Assembly: GCA_903825105.1 (NCBI GenBank)
Contig: CAIJZI010000007.1
Span: 23,178 to 87,177 of the forward strand
Source of the DNA: an uncultured bacterium
Lineage (GTDB): Bacteria > Patescibacteriota > Minisyncoccia > Phycocordibacterales > Phycocordibacteraceae
DNA: 64,000 nucleotides
Direction: 5' to 3'
Of this stretch, positions 56,292 through 64,000 are shown in pieces; the stretch's first letter is position 1; every line of letters begins with the position of its first letter. The notes beneath the pieces were generated by a model. The model saw only the letters and a program-made list of their open reading frames with translations. It was not told the origin of the DNA and ran no database searches. A program made the position numbers and the translations under genes.

Positions 56292-57335
56292 TCACGAATA
56301 TACTGGAAATGTCGAAATTATGCAATTGTCAGCAAGCACTTTCGCTTTACAAGCAACCGAGACCTTCTCAAGACGCGAGAGGAATGCTTCACGCGCGGCG
56401 GAGACATTTTCTTCTTTTCCTTTCCAAATTGACAATGCCTCATCCTGCAACGCGCGTGCATACGAGAATGAAAGAGGCCACGGTGTGCCGACTTTCTTCG
56501 CCTGCTGAACAATCGCTGCGAGATTTTCTGTCGCCTGATCGGGCGTCTGCCCTCCCGACAAGAAAACAATTCCCGCGATCTGTTTTGGCACCACTTTTAG
56601 CAATGCAGAAATCGTATCTTCTGCCACTTCTTCAGGTGTATCCTTTTTCCCACTTTTTTCTCCCGAGAGCACCATTGATGTTTTTAAAATAACGCTCGCA
56701 CGGTCAACCGCATATTCATTCAGCATAGAGAAAAGTACTTCGAGCGATTCTTCTACCACCGCCTTCGTGCGCGCGCGACCGTGTTTCCCTTCATACAACA
56801 CTTCTGATTCAACAATTGGCACGAGCCCCGCCGCCTGAGACTCCTTCGCATAGCTCGCGAGACGCTTCGCGTTCTCGTGGAGCGCTGTATTCGAAGGCAG
56901 TCTGTCCCCTTCGATAGTCGCGACTGCGCGCCACTTTGTAAACTCTGCGCCCTGCTTTTTATATTCAACGAGTCGCTCGGGCAAATCGAGTAATCCTTGC
57001 GTGATTAACTCACGCGGGCTTTCTGGAAATGGCTCGGTACCGAGATCAACTTTAATCCCCGCTGCGATACCACGAGCGGCAAGAGATTTAGAAAACAGTT
57101 TTTTATCATTCCCTTTTTCAAGCAGCGTCTCGCTAAAAAGAATGATGCCAGAGAGATAGTCTTCGATGCCTTTTGTGCCAATAAACAAGTCGCGATACTG
57201 CCGGCGCATCTCGGCACTCGTCGAGATCCCATGCTCTGCGAGGCGTTCCGTCGCTGTGTGCACACTCTCGTCCGCAGCGAGAATCCCTTTGCCGTCGACA
57301 AAAAGTGAGCGCGCAATCGCGACAAGATCAGTCAT
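56292..57335 (-). CDS. fba: fructose-bisphosphate aldolase class I
   Basis: GILAADES, Schiff-base Lys region, LSGGQ. Confidence 0.8.
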   Translation of the reverse strand: MTDLVAIARSLFVDGKGILAADESVHTATERLAEHGISTSAEMRRQYRDLFIGTKGIEDYLSGIILFSETLLEKGNDKKLFSKSLAARGIAAGIKVDLGTEPFPESPRELITQGLLDLPERLVEYKKQGAEFTKWRAVATIEGDRLPSNTALHENAKRLASYAKESQAAGLVPIVESEVLYEGKHGRARTKAVVEESLEVLFSMLNEYAVDRASVILKTSMVLSGEKSGKKDTPEEVAEDTISALLKVVPKQIAGIVFLSGGQTPDQATENLAAIVQQAKKVGTPWPLSFSYARALQDEALSIWKGKEENVSAAREAFLSRLEKVSVACKAKVLADNCIISTFPVYS

Positions 57336-57378
57336 CCCTTTATGGTAGCACGGTAGTAGCATGATAGAATGTGGATAT

Positions 57379-58365
57379 ATGGACTTTATTGCAATTGGTG
57401 ACACGGTAGTTGATGAATTTATTCGGCTTGAAAAGGCGGAGGTACAGTGCGATGAAAAAAATGAGAATTGCACAGTGACTCTGCCATGGGGTGATAAGAT
57501 TCCCTACGACTTTTCGGTGATGGTGCCGGGCGTTGGGAACGCGGCGAACGCCGCGGTCGCCGCCGCGCGCCTCGGTTTATCCACTGCATTCGTTTCAAAT
57601 GTTGGCGACGATCATTACGGCGCAGAAACGCTCGCGATGTTTAAAAATGAAGGTGTCGATACAAAATATATTGCAGTGAATGAAGGGGTGCCAACGAATC
57701 ATCACTATGTCCTCTGGTATAACGCCGAGCGTACGATTCTTATCCGCCACGAAGTGTACCCATGCATTATCCCCGAAAATTTTGACGCGCCGAAGTGGCT
57801 CTATCTTTCTTCGATTGGTAAGCACGCCGGTGAAGATTTTTATAATCAGCTCGCCGCATGGCTTGGAGAACACACAGATACAAAACTCGCCTTCCAGCCC
57901 GGTACTTTTCAGATTGATCTCGGCATTGAAAAATTAAAAAATCTCTACGCACACACCGAACTCGTCGCTTGTAATAAAGAAGAGGCAGAAAAGATTCTCG
58001 GCACCGGTCCTATCGAAATAAAAAGTCTCTTAGAAAAAATGCATGCCATTGGTCCAAAAATTGTTTTGATAACTGACGGGCCGCAGGGTGCCTACGCGAG
58101 CGATGGCGAGAAGATGTATAAAGTGCCGATGTATCCTGACCAAAAAACTCCCTATGACCGCACCGGCGCAGGCGACGCGACCACTTCTACTATCGTAGCC
58201 GCACTCGCTCTTGGAAAATCACTCGACGAAGCACTGCTCTGGGGACCAATTAATGCGATGGCTGTTGTACAAGAAATCGGCGCACAAAAAGGGCTTCTTA
58301 AAAGCGAACAATTAGAAAAATATTTATCCGAAGCACCAGAAGATTATCGCGTTGAATTATTTTAA
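57379..58365 (+). CDS. PfkB-family carbohydrate/nucleoside kinase
   Basis: N-terminal GG motif (..IAIGDTVVDEF..), C-terminal DRTGAGD anion-hole motif. Confidence 0.7.
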   Translation: MDFIAIGDTVVDEFIRLEKAEVQCDEKNENCTVTLPWGDKIPYDFSVMVPGVGNAANAAVAAARLGLSTAFVSNVGDDHYGAETLAMFKNEGVDTKYIAVNEGVPTNHHYVLWYNAERTILIRHEVYPCIIPENFDAPKWLYLSSIGKHAGEDFYNQLAAWLGEHTDTKLAFQPGTFQIDLGIEKLKNLYAHTELVACNKEEAEKILGTGPIEIKSLLEKMHAIGPKIVLITDGPQGAYASDGEKMYKVPMYPDQKTPYDRTGAGDATTSTIVAALALGKSLDEALLWGPINAMAVVQEIGAQKGLLKSEQLEKYLSEAPEDYRVELF

Positions 58366-58527
58366 AATGGATTTCTGAAGTTCGTGATAGTGAGAACCTC
58401 CGCTGACGAAGGTAGTTGCGAGTGTGCTGTCATTTGCAACATGAATAATAAGTAGTGCTGCACACGCGCCGGCGATGGTGATAAGCAGCGTGGCGAAGTA
58501 GGCATTTACCGTATGAGTATAGGTCAT
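58357..58527 (-). CDS. possible small 1-TM protein (56 aa) translationally coupled to tktB (TAATG overlap)
   Basis: ORF only; hydrophobic core ATLLITIAGACAALLII. Confidence 0.2.
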   Translation of the reverse strand: MTYTHTVNAYFATLLITIAGACAALLIIHVANDSTLATTFVSGGSHYHELQKSILK

Positions 58528-59537
58528 TATCTGATTCTATCAGCAAGAAAATCTTTTATTGCATTTTCTATGTGGAGAGCGTCGAGTCCATAATGAGCAA
58601 GTAATTCATCCGGAGTTCCTGATTGCCCAAATTCGTCATTTATACCAAGTCGAAGAACTGGCACCGGATGTGCCGTTGATAAAAATTCTGAGATCGCGCT
58701 CCCGAAACCGCCAGCGATTTGATGTTCTTCAATCGTAACGACGCGACCGGCGAGCACTGCTGCGTCGAGTACCATTTTTTCATCAAGAGGCTTAATGGTG
58801 GGTATATGTAAAACGATAGATTCTACGCCATTTTTTAGCAAATTTTCTGCTACTAAAAGAGCGGTGTGACTGAGCGAGCCGGTTGATAAAATCGCGACTT
58901 TGGGTGCAGGGGATTCCCAAAGCGTGAGCGCCTTCCCAATAGAAAACGGCGTTTCTACTGTGGTGAAAACGGGCGTCGCTGCGCGTCCGAAGCGAATGTA
59001 TACCGGCCCGTTCGTTTTTGCCGCTTCTATAACCGCCTTTCGCGCCTCTTCGCTATCGCCAGGATTAATCACCGTCATATTCGGTAACACACGCATCATA
59101 CTGATATCTTCGAGCATCTGATGCGTCGCACCATCAGGCCCAACAGAGACGCCCGCGTGCATCCCGCAGATCTTCACCGGCATCTGGTTGAGCGCAATCG
59201 TGGTGCGAATTTGTTCATAATTTCTCCCCGGAGAAAACGCCGCATAGCTCGCGATAAAAGGGATTTCCCCTGCTGCTGCCATTCCTGCCGCGACTGTCGC
59301 CATATTTTGTTCAGCGACGCCCATTTCTATAAATCGTTCAGGAAATACTTTTTCAAATTCTTCTGCGCGTGTTGACTCTTTTACATCTGCGCACAAAACA
59401 ACAACGCGCGAGTCATTCTTCCCCGCTTCAACAATGCCTCTGCCAAAGCCGTCGCGCGTCGGTTCTTTTTTATTATTCTCTTCAAAAATATCACTTGCTA
59501 GATTCGCATCCGCAGACACCATATTACTTATATGCAC
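58527..59537 (-). CDS. tktB: transketolase, C-terminal subunit (split enzyme)
   Basis: pyrimidine-binding and C-terminal transketolase domains (..FIEMGVAEQNM..). Confidence 0.85.
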   Translation of the reverse strand: MHISNMVSADANLASDIFEENNKKEPTRDGFGRGIVEAGKNDSRVVVLCADVKESTRAEEFEKVFPERFIEMGVAEQNMATVAAGMAAAGEIPFIASYAAFSPGRNYEQIRTTIALNQMPVKICGMHAGVSVGPDGATHQMLEDISMMRVLPNMTVINPGDSEEARKAVIEAAKTNGPVYIRFGRAATPVFTTVETPFSIGKALTLWESPAPKVAILSTGSLSHTALLVAENLLKNGVESIVLHIPTIKPLDEKMVLDAAVLAGRVVTIEEHQIAGGFGSAISEFLSTAHPVPVLRLGINDEFGQSGTPDELLAHYGLDALHIENAIKDFLADRIR

Positions 59538-60016
59538 TGAGTTGCGCCGGCAACCATTGCTGCCGTTTCCTGCCGCGAATTACCACTATTGTCCACACAC
59601 CAATATTTCGTATTGTCTGAAACGAGTTGCACCTGAATCGCGTAGGCACTTGTTGAATTATTGCAGGTGACAGTTCCCGAGCCATTTGCAGAGTCTGCCG
59701 CAGCAACAGCCTTCGCGACTGTAGTGTCAACAACAAAGACAGAGCCGGCAACAGCACAAGAGTTGGTCGCTCCAGCGGTACCATAACTATTGTTCCCGCC
59801 GCTTGAATAAAAGATCTCTGCTTGTGTCTGCGCAGAATGCAGGTCTGACTTGATCGCCGCATCACTCCCTTTCGATCTTGCCGTATTAAGAGAAGCAAGC
59901 ACCACGGCGGAGAGAATGCCAATAATGGCGATAACGACGAGTAATTCAATAAGGGTAAACCCAGCACTAACAGTTAGTGCTCGGGTGAAGCCGTTTTTAT
60001 TTATATTATATTTCAT
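59528..60016 (-). CDS. type IV pilin / pseudopilin
   Basis: class III signal/N-methylation motif ..RALTVSAGFTLIELLVVIAIIGIL.. Confidence 0.75.
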   Translation of the reverse strand: MKYNINKNGFTRALTVSAGFTLIELLVVIAIIGILSAVVLASLNTARSKGSDAAIKSDLHSAQTQAEIFYSSGGNNSYGTAGATNSCAVAGSVFVVDTTVAKAVAAADSANGSGTVTCNNSTSAYAIQVQLVSDNTKYWCVDNSGNSRQETAAMVAGATQCI

Positions 60017-60028
60017 AATTATATTGTA

Positions 60029-60892
60029 TCAGATGTAAAGAGCTTTTATAAACTTTTCACCCTCTTCTTTTGCTGGAACTTTCCCGTGCCAACGGTAGTC
60101 ATTTTCTATTTCTGTAACGCCTTTACCAGGGATAGTGCGCGCGACAATAAGCGTGGGCTTATCTTGTACTGATTTTGCCTTTTCAACAGCATCGATAAAA
60201 ATCTGTATGTCATTCCCGTCTATTTCAATCACATGCCAATTAAATGCCCTATATTTATCTGCGAGCGATTCTAACGGCATCACTTTTTCTGTCGTTCCGT
60301 CAATTTGAATATTGTTACGATCTATAATCGCAGTGAGGTTTGATAATTTATTTTTCCCGATGAACATTACTGCCTCCCAGGTATTTCCTTCTTCCTGCTC
60401 GCCATCGCTCATCACGCAGTACACCCTCCGCCCATGTTTGGACTTCGTAAATCCATCATCAGATGATGGATTTACGAAGTCCCTCAATACAAGTGCCATT
60501 CCTGCTGCTTGTGAGAGACCTTCGCCCAAAGGGCCAGAGGTAGTTTCGAGACCTGGTAATCGAATGCGCTCTGGATGCCCTTGCAGCCTGCTGCCAAATT
60601 TTCTTAAAGTTAAACATTCTTCAACAGGAAAATAGCCTGCGTGTGCCATAGCCGCATAAAGAACAGGACAAATGTGCCCATTACTTAAAACAAGCCGATC
60701 GCGCTCCTCCCACTCTGGGTTTTTTGGATCATGTTTCAGAATGTGAAAATAAAGAGCGGTAAAAATATCTGCCATGCCAAGCGCGCCTGCAGTGTGCCCG
60801 CTCCCCGCTTCAACAAGCATTCTGATAATCGTCTCGCGAATCATGCGCGCCTTTTCTTTGAGCGCGGTGATTTCTTCTTCAGTACATTTCAT
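60029..60892 (-). CDS. tktA: transketolase, N-terminal subunit (split enzyme) with in-frame palindromic-element insertion
   Basis: TPP-binding ..GSGHTAGALG.., ..SDGEQEEG..; 17-aa insert RDFVNPSSDDGFTKSKH encoded by palindrome 60440-60482. Confidence 0.85.
   Translation of the reverse strand: MKCTEEEITALKEKARMIRETIIRMLVEAGSGHTAGALGMADIFTALYFHILKHDPKNPEWEERDRLVLSNGHICPVLYAAMAHAGYFPVEECLTLRKFGSRLQGHPERIRLPGLETTSGPLGEGLSQAAGMALVLRDFVNPSSDDGFTKSKHGRRVYCVMSDGEQEEGNTWEAVMFIGKNKLSNLTAIIDRNNIQIDGTTEKVMPLESLADKYRAFNWHVIEIDGNDIQIFIDAVEKAKSVQDKPTLIVARTIPGKGVTEIENDYRWHGKVPAKEEGEKFIKALYI
60440..60482. repeat. palindromic element family A inside tktA coding sequence (perfect 43-bp palindrome)
   Basis: GGACTTCGTAAATCC-ATCATCAGATGAT-GGATTTACGAAGTCC, preceded by CATGTTTGG. 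Confidence 0.85.
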
Positions 60893-60906
60893 CTTCTTAT
60901 TGTACC

Positions 60907-61644
60907 TTATACACCATACGGGCTCTCGAGATTTTCGAATACTGCGAATGCCTCAAGCGGGTCTGTCGCGCGTAAGATGCCTGATCCTATAACCAAATTT
61001 GATACGCCAAGCGCAACAAGTTTTTTAGCGGTATCAAAAGAAATCCCGCCATCAATCTGTAAAGGGATCTTTGGGTGCCGTTCGCGAAAAATGCGCACCT
61101 TTTCTAAAACGCGTGTATCAAATGGCTGTCCCTGTTTACCGATTTGTGCGATGCCCATAAACTGTACAAAATCTATTTCGCCTAGACACTGCTCGATGAG
61201 TGCGAGTTTACTTTCTATATTAAGAGCAAGCCCGAAAGAAATCATAGATGAAAATCCGTTCGCGCCAAACTTCTTCCGTGCCGAAGAAAGAAGCTTTGAC
61301 ACATCACTGACTGATTCGGCGTGAAATAAAATGCGTGTCGCTCCGGACTCTATCCAAGAGTGCGCGACCTGTTCTGGATCAAAACACATCAGATCAATTT
61401 CATATTCTATTCTATCAAGATTGGGTAACATTGCCCCATCTTGCATCATCATTTCAAGTTCTGTTTGACTGCCTTTCGCAGCTTCAGGAGATACGTTGTA
61501 GGGCCAAGTTGGTGGTAATGCAAATTTGCCGTCGACGACATCAATCTGCACACGATTAACTGAAGAGATCTGTGAGAAAAGCGCAAGCTCTTCCTCAAAT
61601 TCTTTTTTTGAGTAGGGAAGGACGGCCGGTATAACAAGGCCCAT
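60907..61644 (-). CDS. rpe: ribulose-phosphate 3-epimerase-like TIM-barrel protein
   Basis: ..IDVVDGKFA.. and ..IDGGIS.. parallel Rpe motifs; assignment by similarity pattern only. Confidence 0.6.
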   Translation of the reverse strand: MGLVIPAVLPYSKKEFEEELALFSQISSVNRVQIDVVDGKFALPPTWPYNVSPEAAKGSQTELEMMMQDGAMLPNLDRIEYEIDLMCFDPEQVAHSWIESGATRILFHAESVSDVSKLLSSARKKFGANGFSSMISFGLALNIESKLALIEQCLGEIDFVQFMGIAQIGKQGQPFDTRVLEKVRIFRERHPKIPLQIDGGISFDTAKKLVALGVSNLVIGSGILRATDPLEAFAVFENLESPYGV

Positions 61645-61686
61645 TCGTATAGTATAGAACGAAAAATCGTTAATAATATGCTTTTC

Positions 61687-62187
61687 CTACAAGCCCTGTG
61701 CGTTCGTAGTATATACCGCACAAGCAGAAGTCGATCGGTTAGGATCGCCAAGTCCACTACCCGCTTCGGTACTTCCATAACACGCTAGTGAAGACGGGCA
61801 GTTATAGAACATATATTTATAATCAGCTCCGCCAATAGGGCTGTCATAGGCATAGCAACAGAGAGAACCTCCATCTGTTTGAGAATCAAGAGGAAGTTGT
61901 TTAATGTAATTAGGGACAAGTCCTGGTATCGCACCATTTTGTGTCGTTTGTGTACCGAGAGTTGAGCAGGCGCTATACCAAACACCATTGGTACTTGGAT
62001 ATTTACCCCCATTATCATTCGCATACATCTCAATCGCCATTTGTACGGATCGAAGATTTGAAACACGCTGTGCGTCATACCCCTTCACGCGAGCAGAGTT
62101 AATCGAAACAATCACAACCGAAGACAATACGCTAATGATTGATATAACGACGAGCAACTCTATCATTGTGAAGCCACGATTTTTCAT
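61687..62187 (-). CDS. type IV pilin / pseudopilin
   Basis: ..KNRGFTMIELLVVISIISVL.. Confidence 0.7.
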   Translation of the reverse strand: MKNRGFTMIELLVVISIISVLSSVVIVSINSARVKGYDAQRVSNLRSVQMAIEMYANDNGGKYPSTNGVWYSACSTLGTQTTQNGAIPGLVPNYIKQLPLDSQTDGGSLCCYAYDSPIGGADYKYMFYNCPSSLACYGSTEAGSGLGDPNRSTSACAVYTTNAQGL

Positions 62188-62195
62188 AGTGTTAT

Positions 62196-62459
62196 TCATT
62201 GTGAAATTGCCCGCGGCCACGAAGCGCTCCAAGGCGTTTGGGGTGCGAGGCTTGAACTACCGAAAATAAACGGAAGAGCAACGGCAATAATAATGAAAAA
62301 AATGGCGACCACAAGCAACACATATTTTGCCTGTTCGTCTGTAGAAACAATTTTCGTAGAGAGCACGAGCCGTATGAAAAATGGCTTCAGCTCAGCCTCC
62401 CAAGAGGCAGTGGCACTTTTCTGCCCCTCATCCTCATCAAAGGTAATTTCTCCTTCCAT
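62196..62459 (-). CDS. hypothetical small membrane protein
   Basis: ORF with TM helix (VLLVVAIFFIIIAVALPFIF). Confidence 0.25.
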   Translation of the reverse strand: MEGEITFDEDEGQKSATASWEAELKPFFIRLVLSTKIVSTDEQAKYVLLVVAIFFIIIAVALPFIFGSSSLAPQTPWSASWPRAISQ

Positions 62460-62480
62460 AAGTATTCATATTATAACACT

Positions 62481-62942
62481 TTAAAATTTAGCCAAGCGAC
62501 GCGTGTGGCGCGCCACGTTTGAGAACGGCGTCTCGATAAACTCTTTCACAGCGATCCGTGCTTCCTCTTCAGAAAGAAAAGCTGCGCCGAGCGAGAGCAT
62601 ATTTGCGTTATTGTGCTCGCGCATAAGCTGTATGATCTCTTCATTCTGCCCTGTCGAAGATTTAATTGAGTTAGGAGTATAAAGCACTCCCGCGCGAATC
62701 CCCCTCACTCGATTCGCACACATCGCCTCGCCCTCGCCCGTTTTTCCGATAATAATTCCAAAAGAATTTTCTTGCGAGGCAACTTCTTGTGCACAAGGCG
62801 TCACGAAGTCTGGATAATCATCCTCCACATTAAACGAATACGGTCCGCAATCTTCGGTCGCATACCCGAGCTCCTGCAGATACACGATAAGTTTTTTCTT
62901 TAATTCAAATCCTTCATGATCAGAAGCGAGAAATATTTTCAT
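62481..62942 (-). CDS. rpiB: ribose-5-phosphate isomerase B (RpiB/LacAB family)
   Basis: MKIFLASDHEGFELKKKL.. and ..GIIIGKTGEGEAMCANRV.. Confidence 0.8.
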   Translation of the reverse strand: MKIFLASDHEGFELKKKLIVYLQELGYATEDCGPYSFNVEDDYPDFVTPCAQEVASQENSFGIIIGKTGEGEAMCANRVRGIRAGVLYTPNSIKSSTGQNEEIIQLMREHNNANMLSLGAAFLSEEEARIAVKEFIETPFSNVARHTRRLAKF

Positions 62943-62970
62943 TTGAAGATTAAGACTGCGCGGCTTTAAT

Positions 62971-64000
62971 TTACGCAGAATCCGCTGACGGATTCTGCGT
63001 GATCGCGCGAGACGCTGCAATCACATGTTGTATGAGTGATTCTGTGTACCCCATCTCATTGTCATACCACGCGAGGACCTTTACCAGATTCCCGTCGACC
63101 ACGCGCGTCATACCGAGATCCGCGATTGAGGCATACGGCTCGCCAACAATGTCACTCGACACGAGCTCTTCGTCCGTCGTTTTAAAAATGCTGGACCAGC
63201 GCGGCGCGGCTGCCGCGCCGCGCAATATCGTATTTATTTCTTCAACGGTCGTTGGGCGCTTCGCAATAAAAGTAATGTCAGCGATTGAACCAGCAGCGAC
63301 CGGCACACGAAGCGAGATACCATCAAATTTCCCTGCGAGCTTTTCATACGCCATTGTCACCGCTGTAGCAGCGCCCGTCGAGGTCGGCACAATATTCTGC
63401 GCCGCAGCTCTACCCTCTTTAAAATCTTTTTTCGAAGGACCGTCAACAATCGCCTGACTCGCAGTGTATGCGTGTGTTGTCGAGAGAATCGCTTTTTCTA
63501 TACCAATTGCTTCGTCGAGAATAGTGATAACCGGACTCGCGGCATTTGTCGTGCAAGACGCATTTGAAGAAATCTTACAGCTGGAGAGCTTTTCTTCGTT
63601 CAATCCCATCAGAACGGTAGCCCCGAGAGCGCTTCCAGAACTGCCGTGCGCAAACGGAGCAGTAATGACAACTCTTTTTGCACCTGCATTTATGTGCCCT
63701 TGCGCTTTTTCGAGGTCGGTAAAAAGCCCCGTTGATTCGACGACGACATCAATAACCAAATCCTTCCACGGCAATACGCTCGGATCTTTTTCTGAAAAGA
63801 ATTTCACTTCCTTCCCGTCTATTAAAAGCATCTTGCTTCCGTCTGCCTCCTGCGAACTACTTACGGCGAACTCAGTTTTTCCATATACCGTGTCATGCTT
63901 GAGGAGGTAGGCGAGATTTTCGACCGAAGCGAGGTCGTTTATCGCGACAATCTCTATTTCTCCAGAATGAGCATACGCCCGTCGTACAAAAGCTCGTCCA
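62971..64000 (-). CDS. gap: glyceraldehyde-3-phosphate dehydrogenase, 5' end beyond window
   Basis: catalytic ..SNASCTTN.., ..WYDNEMGY..; frame continues upstream of listed Met to window edge (..IEIVAINDL..ENLAYLLKHDTVYGK..). Confidence 0.85.
   Translation of the reverse strand, partial: GRAFVRRAYAHSGEIEIVAINDLASVENLAYLLKHDTVYGKTEFAVSSSQEADGSKMLLIDGKEVKFFSEKDPSVLPWKDLVIDVVVESTGLFTDLEKAQGHINAGAKRVVITAPFAHGSSGSALGATVLMGLNEEKLSSCKISSNASCTTNAASPVITILDEAIGIEKAILSTTHAYTASQAIVDGPSKKDFKEGRAAAQNIVPTSTGAATAVTMAYEKLAGKFDGISLRVPVAAGSIADITFIAKRPTTVEEINTILRGAAAAPRWSSIFKTTDEELVSSDIVGEPYASIADLGMTRVVDGNLVKVLAWYDNEMGYTESLIQHVIAASRAITQNPSADSA

Overview
The window is a mostly housekeeping stretch of a bacterial chromosome using the standard genetic code: TGA, TAA and TAG all act as stops and long ORFs are intact. 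I infer a small-genome, Patescibacteria/CPR-like organism from the many type IV pilins, Ig-like surface proteins, split transketolase and fused or shortened core proteins. I ran no database search to test this.

Genes I can support:
- Transcription: rpoB, rpoC, rpoD, dnaG, and a NusB protein with a C-terminal Nudix domain.
- Replication and nucleases: dnaE, gyrB, rnhB, rnc, rnr, and an SMC that is short and has no hinge.
- Translation: hisS, thrS, a single-chain mitochondrial-type PheRS, prmC, trmD, tsf, rpsB, rpsP, rplY, rpmE, rpmF, a short RF1-like release factor, and tRNA-Thr(UGU).
- Sugar-phosphate cluster: gap, rpiB, rpe, split tktA/tktB, class I fba and a PfkB kinase, with two type IV pilin genes interleaved.
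- Transport: a MacAB-like ABC efflux set.
- Surface and cell-wall genes: an MltB-like transglycosylase, a GT2 glycosyltransferase, two large Ser/Thr/Cys-rich Ig-like proteins, and a partial secreted alpha/beta hydrolase.

Three sets of repeat structure are not explained by gene calls and are the most interesting content:
- Family A is a ~43-bp perfect palindrome, GGACTTCGTAAATCC..GGATTTACGAAGTCC. It sits in-frame inside trmD and tktA, where it adds ~15-17 residues (..NPSSD[DE]GF[TR]KSKH..). It also occurs twice in intergenic DNA. This resembles Rickettsia RPE elements.
- Family B is a composite palindrome with shared modules (AAATTTTC..GAAAATT, AAGACTTGGCC, CCGGAGCGC, ACGGCGCGAGG). It is in-frame in prmC and dnaE, intergenic at 6989-7053, and at 12345-12448 it supplies the last codons and stop codons of two convergent genes.
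- Mini-cassettes: the last ~35-50 bp of rnr is present three times as direct repeats bracketing a MazF-like toxin gene and a HicB-like gene. Further duplicated terminator-plus-hairpin modules bracket two orphan small genes between smc and rnc.

Other notable items: a CPBP protease preceded by a 31-aa Cys-rich peptide ORF inside a 13-bp-stem hairpin, recurring twin terminator hairpins with conserved GGTAACC and CTTGGAAG..CTTCCAAG cores, a 17-bp palindromic motif in three copies around an orphan gene, and an unassigned structured RNA-like region downstream of trmD. I found no CRISPR array, no rRNA and no integrase or transposase gene.
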